Assembly: GCF_036321535.1 (NCBI RefSeq) | Contig: NC_087442.1 | Coordinates: 60,388,001 to 60,452,000 of the forward strand | Origin: Camelus dromedarius | Taxonomy: Eukaryota | Length of the DNA: 64,000 bases | Direction of reading: 5' to 3' | In this document: positions 1-12,576 of the stretch, one piece after another | Numbering within the stretch: the first letter of the stretch is position 1 | Layout: each line of letters opens with the position of its first letter | Translations under genes and position numbers: made by a program | Notes under the pieces: model-generated | The model's database searches: none | The model's input: only the letters and a program-made list of their open reading frames with translations | What the model was told of the DNA's origin: nothing

Positions 1-230
1 AAAGAAAGGCTAAGGAGGTCCCCGGACAGCTTAAAGAGGCCCAGAAACAGTACTTCGCTCTCATGTTGAGACAGAGAGGGAGCGAAATCACAAAGATTTC
101 GTATCAAAAATCAAACCACAGTCCCTATGATGTACATGCAAAGTCTACCTAAAACCGTTTTCCTGGAGATAGTTCACGGGTAGAACGTACGAGCCAAGGA
201 GGCAGCTCTGTCCTAAGTGCCTGCGCGTAC

Positions 231-350
231 CTCATCTGACGAGAGCACCAAGGACTGGGAGAGCCCGGGTGCTTTGGGTTCTGCTCCCAGGCCGCTCAGG
301 TCTGCTGAACTGGTACTGCTGGGACTGAAGTCATCGTTGAAGGTAAAGTT
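231..350 (-). CDS. PPP1R9A: Neurabin-1 exon K (120 nt, phase 0/0): NFTFNDDFSPSSTSSADLSGLGAEPKAPGLSQSLVLSSDE
   Basis: Acceptor tttttttcag|AAC, donor GAG|gtacgc. Confidence 0.96.
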
Positions 351-2210
351 CTGAAAAAAATAAATAAAGCTTGGTGTTAAATGAGCAGTGAGTGAACCAG
401 AGGTAGGTATGTTTGCAAGCTCTAAAAAGGTTCTTTTTAAGTAATCTTAGAAGAAATTCATGTTTGGTTTGGTGATGACCTTCAACCAGGCAGTGGTTGA
501 GAACACTGCGCCTTTTGTGCTTGGTAGGGAATTCTGGGCGCTTTCTCCATCAGATGAAAGGATAGGTGTATTAGAGAAATGATTCTTCAGTCTCTCTTCA
601 AGGGTACAGCATTCATTATCCTCTGCCACTGCTCAGAGGAGTAATAGTAATAAGCCTATCTCCCTTGACCCTAATGGTGATGAGTAACAGTGTAAGTAAA
701 AGTACAAGATGGTGTGGTGAGCCTGAGTTATTAGGAACAGATGGCAATCCGTATTAGAAAGGTAGCTTGAGCACCCCCTGGGAAGGATCGCTTGCTGTTG
801 GCCGTGATAAACACTGTGAGAAACGGCAGATCCTCTCCTGGATGTAACCTTCAAGACGATGAGTTCTGGGGAGGTCACAGGCTAACAGTACCCTAGGAGC
901 TACACGCTACGCTACAGCACGCCAGCGGAGTGCCAAAGAGGCTGCAGCGTGAACAGACACACTTTCCAAATAATCACCTGGGGGTAGGGGGTCTGCAAGT
1001 GAAACCTCCCCAGAACTTCATTCAAATGTTCAGTGGGTGTGAAAGTCAAATAAATTCCCAATGACTACATAGCTGCTTCTGTGAAAACATTTTAAACCAA
1101 ACCTGGAGTCTCTCCAGTGCAGGATAGTGGTAGAATGATTTAAACAACATTTAGATTTCTCAGATCCTAGACTGAAACCGATTCAAGACCAAAGTGGCCT
1201 ACTGCTGCCAAAACTTCTGCTAATTATTCTAGAAGGACTGGCTTCCCAGGAACTCAAAGCACTTAACCAACACCATCTTGTTTCCTATTCCACTTCCTTA
1301 GGAATTGGACTGTTAGTTTTCTGTTAGGTCCCCTTGCATTGGGTTTAGTCGGTTGTCAAGAATAAATACCATGCCAGAGGCTAGAGAATTCAGTCCCAAA
1401 CTCCAAGGTTTGCTACAACTTCAGAAAGGAGACTAAATCAGAGCACACGGAGCTAAGCTAGTAAAACATTCCAGCAGGAGAGCACTTAACACAGAACATT
1501 ACCATTTGATACTGTCAATGGAGATATGACCCCAAACTCTGTCAAAACCTTATGAGCTGTGGACCTCAAGAAAAGAATTAAATCAAGTAACATTCATTAG
1601 CCGTTTCTGTGAGAAAGAAAAGTGAACACAGATAAAAGGAGACCAAACAACATGTTAGCCGCCATATACGTTTCAATAAAATGTTAGGTTAAGGTTTGCA
1701 GCGTCATGCTGGAAATAACCATCATGCATTTAAAAACAAATCAGCATATAATTCCTAATTCTGCTAAAGTTAAAGAACTTTGGTGATAGAATTATAACAG
1801 TTTTTCAACACAGAAGTTTGATTTAAAAGAAGAAATAAGTGAGGGTGCTATGTCAGCATCGGTTTGTCTGACAGAGTTTCATTTAGATATATTGAACACA
1901 TATTCAGCCCCAAATTTATTTGTTTTCCAGTAAATCTTGAAGAGCACAGCAAAAATAGGTTTATAATATAATTTAAAGTGGAATACTTGGTAAACAGATC
2001 TATCATACTGTTCCATGATTCAAATGCATCTTTCCCAGCATGGCTTAACTGTCAAACTGAGATTAAATAGCAGTATGTGAAAAGACGAGGATATCAAAGA
2101 TTAACGTACAATCTAGAATGGAACAGTATTAAAGAAGGTGATGGTTAAATGAGGCTTGCTTTCTCCCCCACACAAGAAATACCATGCATTGTTTATTGCA
2201 GTGTTATCAC

Positions 2211-2324
2211 ATTGGTTTCTCGGATCCAGAGTACACACACAAGTTGAGAATGCTTTCCAAAGACTGAAGAGGAGGAAGGGTTGGGGGCTTTCTTGTTTGC
2301 TTTTTTAATCCATGTGTTTTCTAC
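2211..2324 (-). CDS. PPP1R9A: In-frame 114-nt extension of exon J via a distal donor: VENTWIKKANKKAPNPSSSSVFGKHSQLVCVLWIRETN
   Basis: Open frame of 38 codons ending at AAT|gtgata. Closely resembles a segment I recall from a long human isoform (VENTWITKANKRNPNPSSSSIFGRHSQLMSVVWIQETN). Confidence 0.7.
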
Positions 2325-2523
2325 CTTGGACCCCTTTTTATCTGAAATTAGAGTTTCAGGAGAAGGCTGAAGGGGACTTGTAGTCGAAGGCAGGTTCTTG
2401 AAGGAATAGGATCCTTTCCGGCTTTCGTTAAACCATGAGAAAGGCAGGCCAGTTGAGCGAGTGGAGGCCTGAGCGGTGGTGGCTGGCTTCGGTTTCCAGT
2501 GGTCCAGCCTGCCTCTGAAGAGC
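2325..2523 (-). CDS. PPP1R9A: Neurabin-1 alternative exon J (199 nt, phase 2/0): LFRGRLDHWKPKP...LPFSWFNESRKGSYSFKN...DKKGSK
   Basis: Acceptor tttcatgatccag|G, donor AAG|gtagaa. Confidence 0.92.
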
Positions 2524-3139
2524 CTGGATCATGAAAGGAATGGGTGTGTCAGACAAAGAAAGAAAAGAGGTAAAACTCAGTGAACTGAATTCTGAAGGGA
2601 CTCTGAATATATTTCGAAGTAACAGTTTGAGAAACTATTCTACACAGCAGATAAGAACAAAAATTCTGCACTTTTTGACTAGAACACTAATCTTAATGGT
2701 TATCTTTTTTGGATCTAAGTGGATTCTATAACAATGGTCAACATTTTGATATCGCTATTGCTGTGGTGAATTTTGTGAAATGTGCCTAATAAATGTATGT
2801 GGATAAATTAAAATCAGGGAGGGGCACAGTCATCGAGGCACTGCTGTTAAGTACCACAGCATTGCCTGTATTTTGGCCACCTAACAGTGCCTCACCACTA
2901 GTGACATGAGTTCATAATCAGCGTTCTTTCCTGGTCTCCTCTGAACACAGGTTCCCAAGAGTCTGAGACTTCAGAAAGTGATATATTTAAATAATATGAA
3001 AGTTTCTGGGCTCACGATACTTTCAGCAGAACACACACCTTACTGGTTTTTCATCATAATCTTAATGCCTGATTAGAGGAGGAGCACCAGACCTGAGGTT
3101 CTAACACCCTACTTGGGGGTCCAGGGTTTTTCACCTCCT

Positions 3140-3260
3140 GCGTACAAAGCCTTGGACCTTCCCTCAGCCTCTATTTTCCTATCTATAAAAGGTGGATATT
3201 TTCTGTATCTTATACATGGTTGTTAAGAATTAAATGAGATGTGTGTGAAATTACTTTGAA
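3140..3260 (+). mobile_element. MIR SINE fragment
   Basis: MIR core-like text: cctcagcctctattttcctatctataaaa...gttaagaattaaatgagat. Confidence 0.6.
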
Positions 3261-5008
3261 GACAGTAAAAATATAAAGGTCTATGCTTATTGTTTAACAT
3301 TTAAAGGATTCAAAGGCATTTGAGAAACAGGTTGAAAACAGATTGTTTTCCATAATGCAGATACCTTCATAGAGCTGAGGCAGGAATGTGAAGTAGTTTC
3401 TGTGCATTTTGGAAGAAGTCACCCTCAATATGTACGAGTGATATTTGAAGCGATGCCTATTGTTTGTTAGCTCTTGATGTCATGACAACAAAGAGATTCC
3501 CTTTCAAGTGCCTCAGCACCATGGCTGGACATTTACGTCCCACATATACACTGAGTGTCAACTTTCTCCCATCTCATTTCACATTATTTTGGAACATTAT
3601 ACATTTCAAACTTATGTAAATAATACAACTCCTAACAATTCCTGTTCCTTTCCAACAATTACTGTGAGATTCAAATGGGACAATTAATGTAAAAACTATC
3701 TTGTAAACTCTAAAGCAATATACAAAGGATTATGAGAATGATAACTAAAGAGAATGGAGAAGTCAGCACAGTTTTGGTAGAATACTGAGATCACAGGTTG
3801 GGTGAGTAAAACTATGTCACACTAAACATACCAGAATATCTGATGGTTTTAATAGTGTATCTCTTAAAAAAAAAAAAAAGAGGTCTGAAAGGATAAAAGA
3901 GACCAACCAGAGATGTGTCAACCTTCAATTTCATCCTAAAGTTTAAACTAAAAAAACAAAAAACAAAAAACAAAAAATAACTTGTATCCTTAAATCCACT
4001 TACTTACTGTCAAAAAATGGGGGTATAATAACTAAACTTAAGAAAGCATGCTAGCAAAGGCAGGCTGGCCTTCTGTAAGAAGCACTTTATTCCTGGGTCA
4101 TGGATCAGTATAGTGGTCCCCAAACAAGTCTGATACAGATCAGCTGGGGCAGCTGTTCTAATGTGGAGTCTGGGGCACCCAGACACACCGAATTAGAATT
4201 TGGGGGAGAGGGAAGAGATGATCCGGAAACTATATTTTAAAATACATGTCTGAGCTTACTCTTAAAGTTTTTAATATCTATATTTATTAATATTACCTGA
4301 ATGCAAATCTGAAATTGCTAGAGCAGAAACAGGTTATTATATACAGAAAATTATTGCACTGATTTCCCCATATCTTAATTCCCTCTTTCTAGGGTGACAC
4401 GAGAACCAGTTGTCATCCCACACTTGGTCTACATTATAGGGGAGGAATCTGAAAAATATGACTATGAATGGTTTTATAGGAGAACAACGGCTGTCCCCCT
4501 CTCTGAGACAGGGAGAGAAAACTTATCTCTTTAATGTGAACAAATTCAAATGGGGAAGAATCTTGGGTTTTTACCGTTTGGAAAGTAATATATGTCAGAG
4601 GGAGATACAACTACGTCTCCAGCTTTACAGCCCCAGAACGTCTCCATGGTGTTGGGTCTCAACCCCTCTCCCCATCCCCACTCCTTGAAAATGTAATCAC
4701 GCACCTCTGGGGAGGTAAATCTCTCTGCAGGTACATCTACCGCTGTTTTATTTTCTGTGAAGGTACTGTTGAAGATGTCCTATTTTAAGAACCAATCTTT
4801 TTGCTTTATCTTATTTTGCTCTAATTTCTTTTTAAAATAAATTGTATTGTATCATATATATTTTTGTGTATAAACAAGTAATATTTGGAACAAAGAGGAA
4901 TACGTATAGATAAAAAAGAATGAACAAATGAATACATGCTAATTTACAGACCAACTAAATAATGAGTTAGAAATAAGAGTATTTGTTTTTCATGGAATCA
5001 TATAGACC

Positions 5009-5311
5009 AACACTAGCCAATAGAAATATAATATGAACCATATATATAAATTAAACTTTTCTACTAGCCACATGAAAAAAGGTAATATTAATTTTAATAA
5101 TTTAACCCAAAATATTCAAAATATTTATTTCAACACATAATCAGTATTATAAAATTATTAATAAGATATTTCATATTCTCTTTTTTCCATACTAAGTCTC
5201 TGAAACTGAGCATGCATTTTCTCCTACAACGCATCTCGTGTAGACAAGCCACATTTTAAGTGCTCAACACTATGTCTGACTAGAGGCTAGGGTAGCATAC
5301 TGGATGGTGCA
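5009..5311 (+). mobile_element. MER33-like hAT-Charlie MITE, near full length
   Basis: ccaatagaaatataat...actaagtctctgaaa...gccacattttaagtgctcaa follows the MER33 consensus as recalled. Confidence 0.8.
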
Positions 5312-7519
5312 AGTAGAGGTGGGTGGGGGGAGTTACAGACTATGGAGTTTTAATCCACCTCACTTATTTTTTGGTAGGAAACCAAGGCCCAAGGAATTCA
5401 GAGACTTACCTATGGCAAAGTCAGAATGGATACTGGATTCCAGCTCAGTGTTTTCTCCACTGTTCACGCTTTTAAGGTGAACGCAGATTCACTTCCACAG
5501 AGGAGTGCCATCTCCTGTCCCCGCATTCTTCCCACCTGCCACCACCTAGCCTCGTTCTGAGACACACATATCTGCTCACAGGGCTTTCCAGTCCGTGACT
5601 GAGCTGGGAGCTCCTCCTGCAGGGCTCCAAAGCAGACACTCCCCTGGCACCAGTGGCTCTTGCTCTAGAATTTAGGAGACCATTCTATCCTGCTCTTTGG
5701 TGCGTGCTTTAAGGGACGAACAAGCTCCGACAACTAAGTGTTTCCTGCTTTTTTAATCTGCTATGTTACCCATTTAAACACTGAGCACACATTTGAAAAG
5801 GACAGAACCAAACCGTATTTCTTTGCAGGGTTTATTTCTTCTTCTTCTGATTTTACCCTCGTTTATTTGTCTCATGCCGGTCACATATTTATGTCTCCAC
5901 AAGGAGTATAATAAACTCTTTACTCTTTGGGAAGGAAAAAGCTAAAACCAAGACCAACTTTAGCAAATGTCTGGCCTCTTTAAAGTCTAACAGCTTCAGG
6001 TTATTACTGATTGAGTGACCGCATCAGATTTTTACAACTGGATGAGGAGCCTAAGAGGTGAGATAACTGACTCTGTGAATCACTCCCTCCCTTTTCTGAG
6101 GAAACCTCACAGGGTGATGAGTTTGTTCCCAGTCCTTCTCCACAACAGCAGTGGGACCCTGCAGCAGCTGCTGCGCACCACCCGCCTGCACTCGGGCTTT
6201 GGGAGACCAGCTCCACTGCGTTAAGCTCCTACTGGGCAGTAACTGTGTTCCTGGAATATGTTTCATGAGGTTCTGGGCCCATTATCAGTCTACATAGGAG
6301 AACAGAGACCATCATTCGATTTGATTAGTGTTAACCAATTACTGCAATAGCTCAAAAAATTATTTTTTTGAAACAGAAAAAGTCCTCCTCCTTTCCTGCT
6401 GACTGTTTCAATTACATTCATTCCTTTTGGTCCTGTCAACATTCTACTGTAATTACAAATAATTATAAAATTATGATTCTAATTGAAAACTATTTTGCCA
6501 CATTTCACACTGGAAACTGCTTGTGACTACTGAAGGAGAGAGTCTGCAGAGTTAACGGGTTGAAATACAGCTGGCTGGGCTGGCAGGAGAAAAACCTGGC
6601 TGGCTGATGGTTCAAAAGCTGCCATGAGCTGTGGTTAACGTGCTGACGACAGCCCACCCTCGGCTGTCTGTGATTTTGCCAAGAGTGAGGTGAGGGCTTA
6701 CCAACGCAATCAAGGTTTGCCTGATTTTCAACTCGAATTTATCTAAGGACGTGATGACTCTGGCTACGAGGACGAGGACGAGGACGAAGCTCAGTAAGAC
6801 CTCCTCCTCTGCCCTCCGCGGGGTGCCTGTGCTTACTTCCCTCGTAGGGGGAGCACAGTGTGACTTCAGAAGCATCCAAGTTTCTCTCCCACTGTGCATT
6901 TGGGCACCTCTCTCTCCCTTAAACGGTTTCACTACTTGTCGTTTTCCTCCCCTGAGTATATTTGAGAGTTTTCTATTCTTAATTTTAAGGCACAAAGCAG
7001 ACAGGTTTATATTTCTCACTTCAAAACCGTGCAAAGTTAAAAATCACTTTTGAATTGCATTATGGCCTTATTTTTCCTGAGATCCCTGTCCTCAAATATA
7101 AACAGCACCTTTCTCCATTGTACAGCACAAAGGAAACCCGTGCGAACAAAAAATAATTAACTTTGGAATTCTCTCTTTTCATCCCCCACCTTTCTCCCCG
7201 TTCTCCTGTTACCCTAGGGAGAGGGCAGAATTTCTTACTGAGGTGTATGCCAGAAAAGAGGAAAATAAAAAGGAAACATCTGGGCACAACCTATAAAATG
7301 GATAAATGGTCCCCAAATAATTTTACATTCTTTTATTCTTAGCATTTTATCTGTTTCTTCCTTAGTCTTTGCTCTTGGAATGAGTCCCAAATTCATAAAG
7401 ACATGTAAATAAACATCACTAGGCGCTTAAGTAACTGGAGGTGTTAGAAATGTGCAGTGTTAGAAAGACATCTGGACAGCGGCACAAGCCCCAGCTAATT
7501 GACATTAATGTCTGCTGCA

Positions 7520-7660
7520 TAGTCCTGGGCTAATCAATTAAATTCTGTGAAAGTGAAGTTCTTCATGACTAAAGTATGGTATTATAATCTGCCCTCCCAA
7601 TCTTACTGTAAGGATTAAATAAAATGACAAATATAAAACTCCTCTGTAACTTGCAAATAG
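7520..7660 (+). mobile_element. MIR fragment
   Basis: cttcatgactaaagtatgg...tactgtaaggattaaataaaatgac. Confidence 0.5.
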
Positions 7661-7662
7661 TA

Positions 7663-7716
<54 letters not shown>
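7660..7716. repeat. (AAT)~16 microsatellite
   Basis: Read directly; source of the poly-Leu/poly-Ile spurious ORFs. Confidence 0.97.
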
Positions 7717-7720
<4 letters not shown>

Positions 7721-7739
7721 GCAAATTGTTATCTTCATT

Positions 7740-7965
7740 ACTATTTTTGAATGCCTCCTATGTGCCAGGTGCCATTTTAAATGCTTTATATGAAAACTCA
7801 TTTAATCCTCACACTAATGTTATGAGGTAGCTACTCTTATTATCCTCATTTCACATATCATATGAGAAAACAAAGGCACAGAGGTCCAAGATTTGTCCAA
7901 GATTTTAAAGACAGTAACTTGAAGAGGACTGACTGAAACCCAGGCAGTCAGACTTCAGAGAGAGC
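7740..7965 (-). mobile_element. MIR SINE
   Basis: tgaatgcctcctatgtgccaggt...tcatttaatcctcac...gaaaacaaaggcacagag. Confidence 0.7.
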
Positions 7966-8570
7966 TCTATGCATTGCTGTCTCCCTATACAAACCTAAGT
8001 TTAAAATTATGTAATCTCAGAATAAAACTGGGGAAGCTTGACAACGTGTTATCCAGAGCTCACTTCTCTGCAGGAAAGTCTTTACTGAACAGTAAGCATA
8101 TTGATGGCGCCTGCAAAAGTCCATTTAATAGCTGAGTCTAGTGAGAGACGGTGGTCTTCCTTACACGCATTTGGGCAGAACAGCCTTGAAAGTCAACAAG
8201 GTACTTAAATGCAAAATTACCCTTCCAAACTTAACAGAAAGAGAAGAAACAAGTATTGTGGGTAGCCAGGCAAACAAGCTGAAATACACCTAACTGACAT
8301 ATCACATATATTTAAGCTGTATTTAGATAAACATCTATTGAAACTGTTGATGTGACCATAATTCTAAGTTAAGCCAATGGATATACCTGAGGCCAGGTGT
8401 AGGCTGTAACTGGAGTAAGACAAATATGAATCGTGTGATTTTTCTTTCATGTCACCTCTAGGTGTATCACTCAGCATGAAGATACTGACCACTGATTTTG
8501 ACTAACAATGGAAGGGGGCCGAAAGTTTAGATACAGGGATATATCAATGTTCTCAGTCACCCACCCATAC

Positions 8571-8654
8571 CTGCTACCTGGAGAAAACCTATTGACTTCT
8601 TTCTCTTTTTCCTTCCATTTCTTTCCCTTGTTGGAATTCCTTCGCAAAGGTGCC
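8571..8654 (-). CDS. PPP1R9A: Neurabin-1 alternative exon I (84 nt, phase 2/2): APLRRNSNKGKKWKEKEKEVNRFSPGS(R)
   Basis: Acceptor cattatag|G, donor AG|gtatgg; 98-nt intron to exon H. Confidence 0.92.
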
Positions 8655-8752
8655 CTATAATGACAGCACACAGTCAGAAAGGGGCATTTGACATTTTCTC
8701 CTTTAATCTTTCTCTTACAGAGAGTTTGCTTTTTACTTCATGAAGTGCTTAC

Positions 8753-8840
8753 CCCAGATCCACAAACTTCCGCTTAATTTTTCCTCCTCGCACCACCAAT
8801 GAACTGGATGCCCTTAGTAACCTGGGACCTTTGGCAACAT
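8753..8840 (-). CDS. PPP1R9A: Neurabin-1 alternative exon H (88 nt, phase 1/2): (D)VAKGPRLLRASSSLVVRGGKIKRKFVDL(G)
   Basis: Acceptor tatatcctag|AT, donor GG|gtaagc. Confidence 0.92.
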
Positions 8841-11059
8841 CTAGGATATACACATATGTGAAAAAAAACAAACAAACAATTATTATCATTTCTGAAAAAC
8901 CATGAGTGAAAAGTCAGTGCATGTCTGAATCTAAGGGGTTTGCCTCAATTCCTAATTGTAAGAGAAAATAATGGATACCTTTTTTTAAGATACAGGATAC
9001 ACGAGTATGTAGAGGAACATTCAGTTAAGCCAGGAGAGGTTTGTTAGACAGAAGCCCAATACTTGTCACAGAGTTTTAGCTTTAAATATATTAGAATGAA
9101 AAAACAAAAGCAAGAATAAACACTATCAAATCATCCCTTACATTCAAAACAGGGACCAAAGGACTTTCCTTTTGTTCCTTCTCTAGTTTCAACTGTTTGC
9201 TCCAAACGTCTGGGCTCTGTCCTCCATGCCTCTCTTGCCTCTGGGTTATAGTGCTGTCCGACAGGAGCCCAGCCCACTTTCCCCATGTGTCCCAAGTCCA
9301 GTAAAGAATGTCACCCCTGAGAATCTGGAAGATTTAGGAAGAAAGTGAGACTCAAAGCTTTCCCTTCTGGGCTGCCCCTTGCTAATGGCCTGTGGCCAGT
9401 CCTGGGATAGAGGAGGCGGAACATGGGGGAGACTTCTTAAGCAGTTCGGCTATAAAACATTTATATCTTTGAAAGGTCTTTCTCAGAAGTTGGGTTGGAG
9501 CACTACTTGGCTGGTCTCCCGTGATGTGGAAGACGCCAAAACCTCCTCAGCGTTCGGAGCTGAATGATCTTTGCCTCTCTGAATTACGCTGGCACTCTAA
9601 AGCACAGCAGCTGCTGGGAGATGGGGACACTTGAAATGATGCCAAAAACCCATCAGAGGAGAGGCTTTGCCAGTGGAATTCAATGTCAATTGCAGGAACT
9701 AGATTCTACCAGTGGCAGTTATTCCATCCGGGACAAGGTAGACAAATCCTAAGGCTCTACTTGGAACTATTTAGCAAAGAATGCTATTTGGTGTTGTGTT
9801 TCAGCATATCCAGTTATCTGAGATCATTAACTTTGCTGTCTCTGGTGTCTTAACATTGATGCATATTTGTGTATGAAACTGCTCTTTCCTAATTGTATGT
9901 TGGTGTTCGTCAGTCTGTCTCTATCTTTTAAAAACTAAAAAAATAAAATTCCAGCAACTTACTGGCATGGAGTATAGAAAACAGTTCTCCCAAGAAAGTG
10001 TTCAATTACCCTTGCAGGTTAATTTTGCTTATGCTTTTTGTCTGTTTCAGGGGAAATTTCTAAACAGATACAACTTACACATGATGTGCACATAGTTCTC
10101 ATTTAGGAGTCTATGTTCAAAACTCTGAGGAAGCACAGGATATTGAAAAACTCAAGATTTTTAGCAATAGTTTTAGTTAATGATATTCAGATCACAATAA
10201 ACAATTCCTTGAAATGTACATAATGAAATAGAAGAGTCAGAAATGTCCACGTCAAAATCCATTTCTAGCCTCAAATATTTATTTATTATGGCTATCTGCA
10301 TCATTACTCTTTGGTTAACTGAATTAAATAGCTAAAGATGTGACACATTCACATAAAAAATCTACAGACATGGCACAAGCTCCTTATAAGATAATTTTGC
10401 TAATGGACGTTAAAAAAAAAAGGCAGATTTCAATTTTTCTTAACAAAGAAAAGAAAGTACCAGATTTTTCCAAATCAATTCTAGAGCAACTCTTAATGGC
10501 TAAGACTATGCAAAGTTAAAAGGAGAGTGCCTTATTATTTTCGGAAATAAGGTGGCTGGGAGATGTTTTAACGAGGGGTGGGAGGACCAGATGAGACAAT
10601 GTACATGAGGACACTCTGTAACCTATTAGTGTGGCGCTTATTTGGACATCTTGGGACTAAAAGCCTGTTTCTGCCCATCAGAGCCTGCTGCTAGGCAACC
10701 TCACATCATTATCTCGACACATTTGCCAAAGTGTGTTCCAAGGAACACTTAAATGAATGCTTTCAAAAGGCCAAAGAGACAAGATTAAGTAATAATGCAC
10801 TTCCCCACTTTAAATCAATCAAATCCATCTTTAATGCACATCAGAACTTCTAGTCCACATAAAAACCAACATTAGTTTCGTATGATTTCAGGAAAAGAAA
10901 AAGAAATGTGACATTTTTTGGGTTTTGTTAGTTATTTAGCTGTATATAAAATCTCCATCAGGCTTTTTGAAATCTCTCCAATACTACCTCCACAAGCAAT
11001 TAGAAGTCCAAGTTCTCAAGGCAGGTGCCTCAGCTTTAAGCTCTGGCAACGGTGGTTGT

Positions 11060-11870
11060 CATTTTCAAAGGTAATAATTGATCTCCTGATAGCTAAATAC
11101 TAAGGCCTTTTCTGGGACTGCATTCTTCTTAGTCTCACTGCAATAAGACCCTTGACTACCTCTTCTTTTATTACGGGGACTCCCAAATCTCCCTCTCAGC
11201 CCAGACATCTCTCCTGAGCTCAAGACTTCCTCTACCAAAAATAAGTTAATCATCTTTCCTTCATAATGTTTCTAATTTCCTATTTTCTATTAATGACCAG
11301 ACCATGCTTCCTGAGGCTAGAAACCCTGTGATCAGCTTTGACTCCTCACTCTCTCCCCCTGTATCTGGTCAACTTATGTTTCAGCGGTTCTCGTAGCATT
11401 CTTTCCTGCATTGTCTCTTGCTCCTCAGAGGTTATCACCTCACCGTGTTTCCTAACTCATCTTTCCTGTACCTAGTGTCTTCTCCTTTTTACTCCTCTGC
11501 TCAAACACCTTGTGGTTCCCCAGCTATATTGTGAGGTATCTAAGGTATTTAAATTCTAGAGCTATAGACTTAACCTACCTGCTCAATTTTCCATGCAACC
11601 ACTCTACCCTGAATAAACAAATGGCCTCTGGCAGGCTGGGGCAGCCCCGTTCCTTACGTTCCATCTTAGGTCTGCCTGTCCCTACCAACACCACCTCCCT
11701 GCCTTACCTATCCTTTTTGTTTTTTCAGTCCTTCAAGGGTTACTCTAATTGCACATTCTTCATCAAGTCTTATTTACCAATCTCAGCTAGAGGTAAACTT
11801 GCCTTCCTCTCAGCAATGATAAAATTTACTATTTTTTATATATAAGGGCCTAATGCAACATATTAATAGT
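11060..11870 (+). mobile_element. L2 LINE fragments
   Basis: Pyrimidine-rich L2 text: gatctcctgatagctaaatac..., gaggctagaaaccctg...tttgactcctcactctc. Confidence 0.62.
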
Positions 11871-12576
11871 AAATAATCTTGTAAAGATTTCTACTTGCCA
11901 GGACATTAATTCAACAAAAATTTCTGAAGGCATGTTCTGTGTCATGCAATGTGCTAATGGCTAAATATAAACTTATAATAAAGACCAAACCACAAGGAGA
12001 AAACGGATAGTGCTTAATTTACTTTACTTGACATTGTCTGAACAAAGGCCCATTGCTATGTACGTCTAGGGACCAAAACTTTAGTATTAGGCTACTCAAA
12101 TAGTAGACATGATGCGAATTATCTTCATGCTTTCTCCTGCCATATAACCTGTTTTACAAACCTCTGGGAATAATCTTTTACTTTGTCTAGTTTTAACTGG
12201 AATGGGGTCAGATGTTTATCATTTAGCCATGCATTATTTCTATCTTGGTTTCTAGTGAGGTCCTACAAGTATGATAGCAAAATGACTACGTGTGAATGCA
12301 GTACTGACACAATTTAGAAAACACCCAACTTCAATTAGGTGTTCAATAAAACCAGAGCATTAGCCTCAGGATAGCAATCAGCTTAATTATTAATTATTTT
12401 TGAATAATTAATTATTCAATTATTTGTAACTTAATTATTACCTTTTGAAGTAACTTGCTAGACCAAAAGTAATGGTATATTAATTTTAAAAAAATCTAGA
12501 TAAATGGCAACCAATGACTGAGACATTTTCAGGGTTTATCCAGCAATGTTGAGTGGAAGGATATATATGTCTAGAC

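Noticed and set aside
6624-6797. Plus-strand reading ending DDSGYEDEDEDEAQ*, resembling an acidic C-terminus of a retrocopy
   Set aside because: It has two internal stops, no recognisable parent gene and no poly(A) or TSD. The acidic run comes from the (GACGAG)n repeat, which is better explained as the minus-strand pyrimidine tract.
7538-7830. ORFs with poly-Leu / poly-Ile
   Set aside because: They are translations of the (AAT)n microsatellite and MIR sequence.
9480-9640. Good minus-strand acceptor (ccccatctcccag) in the G-H intron
   Set aside because: The required phase-1 frame stops within five codons and no convincing donor follows.
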